DNA from: Candidatus Staskawiczbacteria bacterium
GTDB taxonomy: Bacteria > Patescibacteriota > Minisyncoccia > Minisyncoccales > Staskawiczbacteraceae
Length of the DNA stretch: 64,000 bases
NCBI GenBank assembly: GCA_041659225.1
Contig: JBAZYR010000002.1
Location: 8,439-72,438, forward strand
Reading direction: 5' to 3'
The notes under the pieces were generated by a model that saw only the letters and a list, made by a program, of their open reading frames with translations, did not search any database and was not told the DNA's origin. Both the position numbers and the translations under genes were made by a program. Below are positions 27,791 through 36,466 of the stretch, piece after piece. Position 1 is the first letter of the stretch. Each line of letters starts with the position of its first letter.

Positions 27791-28027
27791 ATGCGGAAAA
27801 TATCAAATGACAGTTTGGTGCGTCTAACCGCTTTGATACAAATAGTCGTTGTTTTAAGCTTGTTGTTTTTCTCTCCTTGCCCGATCCTTTTTCCCGCAAT
27901 CGCCTTATTCATTTTTGTGGTTATAACCGAAGTGTGGTTCATCAAAGATGTCTTCTTGATGACCATCAGCATTCACGAACATTCTTTTGTTATTTGCTTG
28001 ACAGCGATTGTCATAGGCAACCTGTAA
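27791..28027 (+). CDS. Small membrane protein (78 aa)
   Basis: GGAGG lies 5 nt upstream of the ATG. Two to three hydrophobic helices. Confidence 0.55.
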   Translation: MRKISNDSLVRLTALIQIVVVLSLLFFSPCPILFPAIALFIFVVITEVWFIKDVFLMTISIHEHSFVICLTAIVIGNL

Positions 28028-28058
28028 CGTTTTTATGGGCGACAGAAAGGAGCAAACC

Positions 28059-28235
28059 ATGAACGATCTCGGATTCCCCGATGATGTCCTTGATGACGAT
28101 CCCTACGACGAAGCCGAAGATGACTCCGGAGGAATTATACAAGGTCTTGTCATAATAGTTTTGTTGTTTTACTTTTTCTTTCACGACCTTATTCTTTTCC
28201 GCGGGAGGAACAAGCATGACTCATTGCGGTTGTAA
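28059..28235 (+). CDS. Small protein with acidic N-terminus and one TM helix (58 aa)
   Basis: AAAGGAG lies 6 nt upstream of the ATG at 28059. Translation begins MNDLGFPDDVLDDDPYDEAEDDSGG, followed by the helix IIQGLVIIVLLFYFFF. Confidence 0.5.
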   Translation: MNDLGFPDDVLDDDPYDEAEDDSGGIIQGLVIIVLLFYFFFHDLILFRGRNKHDSLRL

Positions 28236-28476
28236 AGCAAATGGTGGAAGCCCTGGCCATTCCGAACTTGGGCCGGATGACGACGACAAACAAACAAAGA
28301 GAAAGCGTGAGGTTTCTCAAACATCGCAAGTAGTTGGCTCGGAAACCACTAAGGAGTTTCCTTGGTTTCGCGTCGGTACTGGTGCCCTCCTCATAATATT
28401 ATTGCTCGTTTTGCTATTCATGCTGGCTCCAGACTGGGTAGCTTCTTTATGCAAAAACCCTGCGGCAACGTCGTAG
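28216..28476 (+). CDS. Small membrane protein (86 aa)
   Basis: GGGAGG lies upstream. Overlaps the previous ORF by 20 nt. N-terminal MTHCGCK, a charged linker, then the TM helix ALLIILLLVLLFML. Confidence 0.5.
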   Translation: MTHCGCKANGGSPGHSELGPDDDDKQTKRKREVSQTSQVVGSETTKEFPWFRVGTGALLIILLLVLLFMLAPDWVASLCKNPAATS

Positions 28477-28590
28477 GGATTTTTTTACATTGTTTTTCTA
28501 TAAGTAATGTGCTCTCTGTCAGGGTCAGTTTAGTTGTCTTTTGGAATGTTTATGGTTTTCACGGACTTCTTATTCTCTGAGTCCCACATA

Positions 28591-28618
28591 TTGACAAAGT
28601 ACAGTTTTCGTCTATACT
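28591..28618 (+). promoter_or_regulatory. Sigma-70-type promoter of the cold-shock protein gene
   Basis: TTGACA, 16-nt spacer, TATACT. Leaves a leader of about 55 nt. Confidence 0.6.
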
Positions 28619-28678
28619 TAATAATACGGAAACGTAGTCGAATTTCTCGTTAAAGTACTAATAACAATAATTCATTCA

Positions 28679-28876
28679 ATGGAAGGCACAATCAAAACCC
28701 TTACAGGGAAAGGATTTGGATTCATTTCTCGCGAAGGCGAAACAAAGGATCTATTTTTCCACTCTAAGGAATTGCAAGGTGTAACGTTTGAGGAATTGAA
28801 GGTTGGCGACAAAGTCAACTTCGAGGTTATTGAGACCGAAAAAGGTCCAGCAGCCACCAACGTATCACGAGCATAA
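28679..28876 (+). CDS. cspA: Cold-shock domain protein (CspA family)
   Basis: 65 aa. RNP1 KGFGFI, RNP2-like LFFHS, and EKGPAATNV at the C-terminus. Confidence 0.9.
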   Translation: MEGTIKTLTGKGFGFISREGETKDLFFHSKELQGVTFEELKVGDKVNFEVIETEKGPAATNVSRA

Positions 28877-28885
28877 AACTAAGAA

Positions 28886-28915
28886 AAACCGGCCTCTCAC
28901 GAGGCTGGTTTTTTG
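28886..28915 (+). terminator. Rho-independent terminator after csp
   Basis: AACCGGCCTC-TCAC-GAGGCTGGTT followed by TTTT. Confidence 0.75.
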
Positions 28916-28974
28916 TTTGACAAAATACAGGAATGTAATAGGATTTAATCAAGCTCATTTACAAGGAGGCATGT

Positions 28975-29256
28975 ATGAATACAATCGAGTGGGTTTGCGT
29001 CTCCTTTATTTTTATTGTATTCATTCTTTTCGGTATATCTGTGTTGGGGGCGAGGAGAAAAAAGTGCTGTCCTCTGTGCAGAAAGGAAGGTAAGCTTATC
29101 ACTATACGGAGAATTCCCCAGCCAAACCAGCCGAGCGATAGAAGCGTTTTTCATTTGGTCGTTAGGTACCAGTTGACGCGCGAATACGGGTGCGCAATTT
29201 GTCGCCAAAGGTGGAATATCGGAGGTAGGATCATTTCGGAGTGTTGCGATAACTAA
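28975..29256 (+). CDS. Membrane-anchored zinc-ribbon protein (93 aa)
   Basis: AAGGAGG lies 5 nt upstream. One N-terminal TM helix, then CCPLC...CAIC (two CxxC pairs). Confidence 0.55.
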   Translation: MNTIEWVCVSFIFIVFILFGISVLGARRKKCCPLCRKEGKLITIRRIPQPNQPSDRSVFHLVVRYQLTREYGCAICRQRWNIGGRIISECCDN

Positions 29257-29273
29257 AAGGAAGGAGAGTAGTA

Positions 29274-29558
29274 ATGGGGAGACGGATCGACCCAGAAAGA
29301 GAAACGGATTTGCAGGAATGTTCCGATAGATTAGATGCCATAACTACTTGGGACGAGATCTTGTATAATATCTCTGCGACCGGCGCTTTGATCTCTTTGA
29401 TTGTCATGCTTTTAGGTTTAGGCGTAGCCGTAATCACTGAACCGAACAATTGGACGGTTGCCCTTTTCGGGGCTTTAATATATGGCATAAGCCTTTTGTG
29501 CGCAGTAGCAACTGCAACCATTAAGGAAATATCGAATAAAGTCAGAGTTAATAAGTAA
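29274..29558 (+). CDS. Small membrane protein (94 aa, two TM helices)
   Basis: AAGGAAGGAG lies upstream. Followed by hairpin CCCTACGAC-AAT-GTCGCAGGG and a T-run. Confidence 0.5.
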   Translation: MGRRIDPERETDLQECSDRLDAITTWDEILYNISATGALISLIVMLLGLGVAVITEPNNWTVALFGALIYGISLLCAVATATIKEISNKVRVNK

Positions 29559-29617
29559 AGGCCCTACGACAATGTCGCAGGGATTTTTTTTGTATAAAAA
29601 AAGAGCGTTTGGCGCTC

Positions 29618-30715
29618 TTATACTTGCTCTTCAATATTCGGAAGGGGATCGATTGGAACATGTCCGAACGTTATCTCTGCCCTGGGCAGGCAAATCACTG
29701 CGAAGTTTCTGCTTCGTGCTACATCTCCCGGATTAATAATCCTTACGTCTTGTTCTTCCATAAACGTATCTCGAGAGCATCCGAAGAGTATGAAGCTGAC
29801 GAAAGGAAACCTTTCTTTAAGCGAAAGTATGTACTTATGCATTCCTACTTCGGACTCATCGAGAAGCTTTCGCGCTAAACCTAGTTGTATGAAGAATTGG
29901 TATCCGTTTATATCCACTAGCGGCGACTCAGGATCAATTAAATGCCAGTTGTCAGGAACATTTGCAGAATTCGTTTGAGAATCTCTTAGGTTGTAAAAGA
30001 CCTCGAAGTCATTCAGTTCAGGCCTGCCGATATCTTCTTCGGCAATATTTCCGCAGTGGATAATTCTGCTGACGTCTCGCCTATGGAATTCTTCAGCAAG
30101 TTTTTGCCAGAAGTCTATATCAAGCTGCGAGATCTTTAAGCTATCGGAAATAACGCCGACGGAAAATGGTTTTGTTAAGGGCTTGGTCTTTGGTATTCTG
30201 CCAAAGACGATTTCGTCGTTCTTCGTGTCGATCACGGCGAATTCATAGCCATCATACGAGTCGGAAATCGCCCCTGGGTTTATAAACGTCACTAGTTGAG
30301 TTTGGAACAGAATCTGATGGTGTGTGTGGCCTGCGAAAACCCACCGCAGGCCGTCATGATCTCGTCGTATTTCGTTGAGCTTCTTTGAGAATTCAAGCTC
30401 TGACCCCGTTAAGAAGTCAAAAGACATTTTGTGGCCGACATAACATCGGATATCGCCGATATCTACGACTCTTTCACCTGGCTTTGTCAGCTCCCAGTTT
30501 CTAGGGGGCGTCCTAAAGGCCGGCTTTTCGACCTGTTCGGCATTTAAGGCGCATACCACGGGTATGTCCAGGAATACTTCTGAAGATAAGTGTTTGGGCT
30601 CAATGTCTCCGCAGTGAATGATTAATTCAACCCCTCTTTCTCTCAACTCTTTAATAATATGGGGCAAGGCCCCAGCATTGTCTTCGTGCGTATCAGAGAT
30701 TAGTCCGATAATCAT
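29618..30715 (-). CDS. Tandem metallophosphoesterase (YfcE/MJ0936-like); the second domain is degenerate
   Basis: 365 aa. Domain 1 has GLISDTHE, IHCGD, GHKM, AGHTHH and INPGA. Domain 2 has GVISDSLK and IHCGNI, with GCSRD where GHTH is expected. AAGGAAGGAGG lies 5 nt upstream of the ATG. Confidence 0.75.
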   Translation of the reverse strand: MIIGLISDTHEDNAGALPHIIKELRERGVELIIHCGDIEPKHLSSEVFLDIPVVCALNAEQVEKPAFRTPPRNWELTKPGERVVDIGDIRCYVGHKMSFDFLTGSELEFSKKLNEIRRDHDGLRWVFAGHTHHQILFQTQLVTFINPGAISDSYDGYEFAVIDTKNDEIVFGRIPKTKPLTKPFSVGVISDSLKISQLDIDFWQKLAEEFHRRDVSRIIHCGNIAEEDIGRPELNDFEVFYNLRDSQTNSANVPDNWHLIDPESPLVDINGYQFFIQLGLARKLLDESEVGMHKYILSLKERFPFVSFILFGCSRDTFMEEQDVRIINPGDVARSRNFAVICLPRAEITFGHVPIDPLPNIEEQV

Positions 30716-30886
30716 AAATTCCTCCTTCCTTGTATATTTTAAAAGATCCTTTCCGGTATTATATTTCTATTCTTATTGAGGGTTTTTGTCAAAGATATTA
30801 TTGGTGTAGACATTGTTGACTTTCAACGGTGTTGGTATAATACAGTTGTGAGCGCTGACTAATAGTGATAAAATTAAAATAAAAAT

Positions 30887-31174
30887 ATGGAAACATCTAA
30901 AAAAACAATTATTATCGTAATCGCCGTCGTTGTTGTGCTAATTATTGCGGTCGGAGGATATTTCGGTTGGATTCGCTGGAAAGAATCCGATAAGTTATCG
31001 TCCGATGCGAACGGTTTGGATGCGATTGGAGATGCGTCCGACCAAATAATAGATGACGCAATTAAAGGGGCGCTGCCTTCAATACAAACAAACCCATTGG
31101 AGGACAAGCCGGATGTGAATCCCGCTTCTAAAACTAATCCGTTTTCGAATATAAAAACTAACCCTTTTGATTAA
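30887..31174 (+). CDS. Small membrane-anchored protein
   Basis: 95 aa. TM helix IIIVIAVVVVLIIAVGGYFGW. The 3' end overlaps the next gene by 8 nt. Confidence 0.5.
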   Translation: METSKKTIIIVIAVVVVLIIAVGGYFGWIRWKESDKLSSDANGLDAIGDASDQIIDDAIKGALPSIQTNPLEDKPDVNPASKTNPFSNIKTNPFD

Positions 31175-33080
31175 AAATATGAAATTAAAATATTTTGTCT
31201 GTTTCGTTGCTGTTAGTTTTCTTGTTACGGGATTCTTAATTCCGGCTGGACGAGTTTTCGCTCAGTTATCAAATATCCAGTATCCGGTGGAGGAGCTAGG
31301 GGGATGCAAGGACGAGGAATCCTGCCGTTCGTTTTGTGACGATCCTGCAAATCTGGATGCGTGTTTATCTTGTGGCGAGAAAAATAACTTGATGTCGGGT
31401 GAAGAAATAAAATTAGCGAAAAAATTTGAGGCAGCGGGAAAGAAGGGGCCTGGCGGCTGCAAAGACAAAGCTTCCTGCGAAGCTTTTTGTGATGACATGG
31501 CGAACATTGACGAATGTGTAACATTTGCAGAAAAGAATAATTTAATGTCGCCTCAAGAATTGGCTGAGGCAAAAAAAGTCAAAGAAGCTATAGGTCGGGG
31601 CGTAAAGCCGCCTTCTTGTGGTAATAAAAAGGCGTGTGACGCATACTGCGAAGACCCGGATCATATGGAAGAATGTATCACCTTTGGAGTAGAAGCGGGA
31701 TTTATACAAGGCAAAGAGCTCGAGGATTCCCAGAAGATGCTGGCAGCCCTTAAAAAGGGTGTCAAGCCTCCTCCATGTCGAGGCAAGGAAGCTTGCGACG
31801 AATATTGCAGTAGTCCGGACAATATGGAAGTTTGTATGAATTTTGCAATGGAAGCAGGTTTTATGAGCGACGAGGAAAAGGCGAATTCTCAAAAGATGCT
31901 GCAAGCTGTAAAAAAAGGAATTAAACCGCCGGCATGTAAGGGCCGGGATGAGTGCGATGCTTATTGTGCCGAGGAAAGTCATTTTGAGGAGTGTATAGCT
32001 TTTTCCGAAGCAGCGGGGTTTATGAATCCGGAGGAAGCTAAGATGGCTAGGAAAACAGGCGGTAAGGGCCCGGGTGGTTGCAAAGGGAAGAGTGAATGTG
32101 AGGCATTTTGTAATGATGTCAATAACCAGGAAACATGTTTTAATTTTGCTAAAGAAAACGGCATGATCCCGGAAGAGGATTTAAAAAGAATGGAAGAAGG
32201 CAAACAAAAGTTTAAAGGAACATTAGAAGAGGCTCCCACGGAGGTGCTTGATTGCCTTGACTCTAAGCTCGGGACTGATATGATGGAACAGTTGAAAAGC
32301 GGGGCTGTTATGCCTCCAAGAGAAATAGGGGATAAGATGCGTGAATGTTTTGAAAAGATGGGACCTGGAGAGCCGGGTTCTGGCGGGATGATACCTCCAG
32401 CCGGTCAGACTGGTCCGGGAGGATGCATGGACGAAGAAAGCTGCAAGGCATATTGTGAATCTAATCCCGAAGGATGCCAGAAATTCCAACCAGGTCCAGG
32501 TGAAATGAACCCTGGTGGTCAGATTATGCCGCAGCAAGCCGGCCCAGGGGGATGTAAGGGCCCGGATGAATGCAAAGTCTATTGCGAATCTAATCCGGAA
32601 GAATGCAAAAACTTTGGGAATTCCGGTGGCAATCAATTTGCCCCGGGAACGGGTCCGTCTGATTTGCCTAACGGACAGACTATTCAAGGAGGACAACCTA
32701 GTGAATTTAAACCAGGTCCGGGAAATTGTCAGAATCCTGAGGAGTGCCAGCAAAGGCAAGAAGGTGGCAATCCGCCCTTACCTCCAAAGGGATGTGAAGG
32801 GGAAAATTGCATGCAGGGACCCCCACCTAATTATCCCGGTGATCAATCCCAGCCTGGAGGAAACCCTCCTAATCCTCCGCAAGATCAGATACCTCCAGGA
32901 GATATGCAACCACCAGCTGGTTCATTTCCGCCCGGAGATAACCCCCCGCCCCCTGGAGAAAACCCGCCACCACCCGGAGATAATCCACCTCCACCAGATG
33001 GTTCTCCGACAAGTATGATTAACAATGGAACCTTATTAGGTGCTTTACTCAATCTATTTCTGTCTGCATTGAAACAATAA
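31167..33080 (+). CDS. Secreted repetitive cysteine-rich protein with Pro-rich tail and C-terminal hydrophobic anchor
   Basis: 637 aa. Signal peptide. About nine repeats of roughly 50 aa carrying C-x6-C-x3-C-x9/10-C (for example GPGGCKDKASCEAFCDDMANIDECVTFAEKNNLMS). A GDNPPPPGENPPPPGDNPPPP tail and a terminal hydrophobic segment. Confidence 0.7.
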   Translation: MIKNMKLKYFVCFVAVSFLVTGFLIPAGRVFAQLSNIQYPVEELGGCKDEESCRSFCDDPANLDACLSCGEKNNLMSGEEIKLAKKFEAAGKKGPGGCKDKASCEAFCDDMANIDECVTFAEKNNLMSPQELAEAKKVKEAIGRGVKPPSCGNKKACDAYCEDPDHMEECITFGVEAGFIQGKELEDSQKMLAALKKGVKPPPCRGKEACDEYCSSPDNMEVCMNFAMEAGFMSDEEKANSQKMLQAVKKGIKPPACKGRDECDAYCAEESHFEECIAFSEAAGFMNPEEAKMARKTGGKGPGGCKGKSECEAFCNDVNNQETCFNFAKENGMIPEEDLKRMEEGKQKFKGTLEEAPTEVLDCLDSKLGTDMMEQLKSGAVMPPREIGDKMRECFEKMGPGEPGSGGMIPPAGQTGPGGCMDEESCKAYCESNPEGCQKFQPGPGEMNPGGQIMPQQAGPGGCKGPDECKVYCESNPEECKNFGNSGGNQFAPGTGPSDLPNGQTIQGGQPSEFKPGPGNCQNPEECQQRQEGGNPPLPPKGCEGENCMQGPPPNYPGDQSQPGGNPPNPPQDQIPPGDMQPPAGSFPPGDNPPPPGENPPPPGDNPPPPDGSPTSMINNGTLLGALLNLFLSALKQ

Positions 33081-33102
33081 CGCGGATTAATTAAATCTGA
33101 TT

Positions 33103-34557
33103 ATGAAGAATAACAAAAAAAGCGAGGAAGGTGTAAAAACTATTACTCCTAGAAGCGCAAACTACTCTCAGTGGTATTTAGATGTGATTGCCAGCGCTGA
33201 TTTAGCTGAGCATTCTGTAGTTCGGGGCTGCATGGTAATCAAGCCCTACGGTTACGCCATTTGGGAGAATATAGTGGCAGTTTTGGATTCAATGTTTAAG
33301 GAACTTGGCGTAAAGAACGCATATTTCCCAATATTTATTCCCGAAAGCTTTTTGAAGAAGGAAAAAAAACACATAAAAGGTTTTTCTCCTGAATTGGCCG
33401 TTGTAACTCACGGCGGCGGAAGCAAGCTGGAAGAGCCTTTAGTGGTAAGGCCCACTTCCGAAACTATTATTTATGATTCCTTTTCGCGGTGGATTCATTC
33501 GTATCGTGATTTGCCGTTGATAATCAATCAATGGGCGAATATTGTGCGTTGGGAAATGCGGCCCCGTTTGTTTTTAAGAACAACTGAGTTCTTGTGGCAG
33601 GAGGGCCATACTGCTCATGCGACTTTAGACGAAGCTGAAAAGTACTCCTTGAACATACTCGAAAGCGTGTATAAACGTTTTGCACAGGATTTCCTAGCCA
33701 TGCCCGTGTATACGGGTCAAAAATCAGAATCCGAGAAATTTCCGGGAGCTCTCAAAACATTCTGCATTGAAGCAATGATGCAGGACGGAAAATCCTTGCA
33801 GTCCGGTACCTCGCACAATCTGTCTGATAATTTTTCTAAGCTGTTTAATGTTGCCTTTACTGATGAAAAGGGAGAAAAGAAAAACGTTTTCCAAACTAGT
33901 TGGGGAGTAAGCACACGCTTAATCGGCGGCCTAATTATGATTCATAGCGACGACAAAGGATTAGTCCTGCCTCCTAAAATAGCCCCTGTGCACGCCGTGG
34001 TTATACCTATACAAAACACCGAAGAAATACTAGAGGCGGCAAAGAGCATTAAAAGACAATTAACCGGCCTTTCTGTTGAAGTTGACTCACGGGATAACTT
34101 GAGGCCCGGGGAAAAGTATTATGAATGGGAGAAGAAAGGAGTACCTGTCAGGATTGAAATCGGACCGAAGGATCTGGAGCAAAAACAGGCAATTCTTGTC
34201 CGCCGGGATACCGGAGCAAAAGAATCCTGCCCAATGAATCAAATAAAGGAAAAAGTTGGCGCGCTTTTAAAAGAAATACAGGATAATCTTTTTGAAGTTG
34301 CGCTCAAGAGGAGAGAAGATAGTAATAAATTAGTCGACACCTGGAAGGATTTTGAGAAGGCGATCAAGGAAGGCGGATATGTCTTTGCGCATTGGTGCGG
34401 GGAAGAAGACTGCGAGGCAGATATTAAAAAGAAAACAAAAGCAGTAAGTAGGTTTTTGCCCCTTAGCGCTAAGGAAGAACCGGGAGAGCATGAATGTATA
34501 AAGTGCGGGAAAAAAACGAGTTCTAAAAAACGCTGGGCGTTTGCGCAGGCGTATTAA
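33103..34557 (+). CDS. proS: Prolyl-tRNA synthetase (archaeal/eukaryote-like type, C-terminal zinc-binding domain)
   Basis: 484 aa. YSQWYLDVI...GCMVIKPYGYAIWE, class II motifs, and C-terminal CIKCGKK...WAFAQAY. Confidence 0.9.
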   Translation: MKNNKKSEEGVKTITPRSANYSQWYLDVIASADLAEHSVVRGCMVIKPYGYAIWENIVAVLDSMFKELGVKNAYFPIFIPESFLKKEKKHIKGFSPELAVVTHGGGSKLEEPLVVRPTSETIIYDSFSRWIHSYRDLPLIINQWANIVRWEMRPRLFLRTTEFLWQEGHTAHATLDEAEKYSLNILESVYKRFAQDFLAMPVYTGQKSESEKFPGALKTFCIEAMMQDGKSLQSGTSHNLSDNFSKLFNVAFTDEKGEKKNVFQTSWGVSTRLIGGLIMIHSDDKGLVLPPKIAPVHAVVIPIQNTEEILEAAKSIKRQLTGLSVEVDSRDNLRPGEKYYEWEKKGVPVRIEIGPKDLEQKQAILVRRDTGAKESCPMNQIKEKVGALLKEIQDNLFEVALKRREDSNKLVDTWKDFEKAIKEGGYVFAHWCGEEDCEADIKKKTKAVSRFLPLSAKEEPGEHECIKCGKKTSSKKRWAFAQAY

Positions 34558-34655
34558 ACAACTATGAAGGGCGGGCACACATACGTGCCTGCTTTTTCTT
34601 TGCTTGTTTTTTGTTGAAAATTTTGGTAAATTTAATTTAGTAATAAAACCATTAA

Positions 34656-35781
34656 ATGAAGGTTCTGCAAATGATTGATAAAACTATCACAACCGAAGAA
34701 CTTGCAAAGCGGATCCATCATTTGGTGGACCGACTTTGACGTTGAAGGAAAGGAAAAGGAACTAAACCGTCTAGAAAAAGAAACACAGACGAAGAATTTC
34801 TGGGACGATAACGTTAAAGCGGGGGAAACGAATCAAAGAATCAATACGATTAAAAATGAAATTGCCAGCCTGGAGGAATTCCAGAAAGAAATTAATGATT
34901 TGAAGGAGTTAGAAGGATTAACAGGAGAAACTTTAACAGATGATATCGAAAAGAGAAAGCAGGATTTGGAAAGAAAGATTAAGAAAGAAGAAATAAAAAC
35001 ATTCTTTGCAGACGAGTACGACAAGAACAACGCTATTTTACAAATATTCAGCGGGGCAGGGGGAGTTGACGCACAAGACTGGGCAACAATGATTCTGCGT
35101 ATGTTTGAAAGATATTGTGCGACAAAGAACTTTGATGTTAAGGTTTTACACCAAGCATTCGGAGAGGGCGGAGGCCCGGAAGGAAGGATTGGAATAAAGT
35201 CAGCCACGCTTGAAGTGAACGGCCCCTATGCTTACGGGTTTTTGAAAAATGAAACCGGGGTTCACCGTTTAGTTCGTATTTCCCCATTTTCTTCGCAAAA
35301 GCTCCGTCATACTTCGTTCGTCTTGGTCGAGGTTTTACCCGAGCTAGGCAAAGGAGAAGAAAAGGAAATCGAGATAAAACCCGAAGACTTAAAAGTAGAT
35401 ACATTTAAATCGTCCGGTCCAGGAGGCCAGTATGTTAACAAACGGGAGAGCGCGATAAGAATTACGCACATACCAACGAATATTGTTGTTTCTTCGCAGT
35501 CAGAAAGATTGCAGGGAGCGAATAGGGAGAACGCAATGAAAATTCTTTACGCAAAGATTTACCAGTTAAAGAAAGAACAAAAAAAACAGAAGATGTCTGA
35601 GATAAAAGGGGGAAGGGTATCGGCAAGCTGGGGAAATCAGATAAGATCGTATGTCCTGCACCCGTATAAGATGGTAAAGGATTTAAGAACGGATGTTGAA
35701 ACGTCTGACGTGAATAAAGTATTAGACGGCGATTTAGACGAGTTCATCGAAGCGGAAATAAAAATAGTTTCAAATGATTAA
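34656..35781 (+). CDS. prfB: Peptide chain release factor 2, requires programmed +1 frameshift at 34734-34740
   Basis: Frame 0 runs from ATG 34656 to CTT TGA (MKVLQMIDKTITTEELAKRIHHLVDRL then stop). The +1 frame continues DVEGKEKELNRLE... and contains SPF (RISPFSS) and GGQ (SGPGGQ). Confidence 0.9.
34724..34740 (+). promoter_or_regulatory. prfB autoregulatory +1 frameshift site
   Basis: SD-like GGTGGA, 4-nt spacer, then CTT TGA C, matching the canonical CUU UGA C slippery/stop context. Confidence 0.85.
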
Positions 35782-36454
35782 ATTCAGCCACGTTACAAAA
35801 GTTTATCCGCCGAACACAGTTGTTCTGGATGATGTTTCTTTCGAAGTGAATGTTGGAGAGTTTGTTTCCATCATCGGTAAGTCCGGAGCCGGTAAAACAA
35901 CTTTAGTCCGTCTGCTTTTAGGGCTTGAAAAACCAACCTCCGGTGAGATTTTTTTTGAAGAAGCAAACGTTTTACATAAGCACCATCATCAACTGCAGGA
36001 ATTAAGGCAAAAGATCGGCGTTATTTACCAAGATTACCGGCTTTTACCGAATAAAACTGTTTACGAGAATGTTGCTTACGTTATGCTGGTGAAAGGGGAG
36101 AAGGAAAGTAAGATTGAAGAAGAAGTGAATAAAGTTTTAGAAATTACAGGGTTGCTGGAGAAAGCAAACAATTTTCCTGATGAGCTTTCTGGCGGGGAAA
36201 AACAGAGGCTAGCTGTTGCTCGGGCCGTAGTAAACCAGCCCGATGTCATAATCGCCGATGAACCCACCGGGAATCTTGATCCGTATAACAGCTATGAAGT
36301 TGTTTCCTTATTAAAAAAAATGAACGAAGCAGGTAATGTTATTATTCTGGCCACACACGATAAAGAAATAGTGAATAAATTAGGCAAAAGGGTAATTACC
36401 CTGGAAGACGGTAAAATAATAAGAGACGACAAAGAAGGTCGTTTTATGCTTTAA
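35774..36454 (+). CDS. ftsE: Cell-division ABC transporter ATP-binding protein FtsE
   Basis: 226 aa. GKSGAGKTT, LSGGEKQRLAVARA and [11 protein letters not shown]. Directly upstream of ftsX. Confidence 0.9.
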   Translation: MIKFSHVTKVYPPNTVVLDDVSFEVNVGEFVSIIGKSGAGKTTLVRLLLGLEKPTSGEIFFEEANVLHKHHHQLQELRQKIGVIYQDYRLLPNKTVYENVAYVMLVKGEKESKIEEEVNKVLEITGLLEKANNFPDELSGGEKQRLAVARAVVNQPDVIIADEPTGNLDPYNSYEVVSLLKKMNEAGNVIILATHDKEIVNKLGKRVITLEDGKIIRDDKEGRFML

Positions 36455-36466
36455 TAATATAAATGT

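Noticed and set aside
32223-33018. Alternative-frame ORFs 32223-32759 (-) and 32515-33018 (+), and the tandem GGAGATAACCC-type nucleotide repeats at about 32880-33000 that might be taken for a repeat array.
   Set aside because: They lie inside the Cys-rich repeat gene. The nucleotide periodicity reflects the coding GDNPPPP/GENPPPP repeats. There are no spacers, so this is not a CRISPR array.
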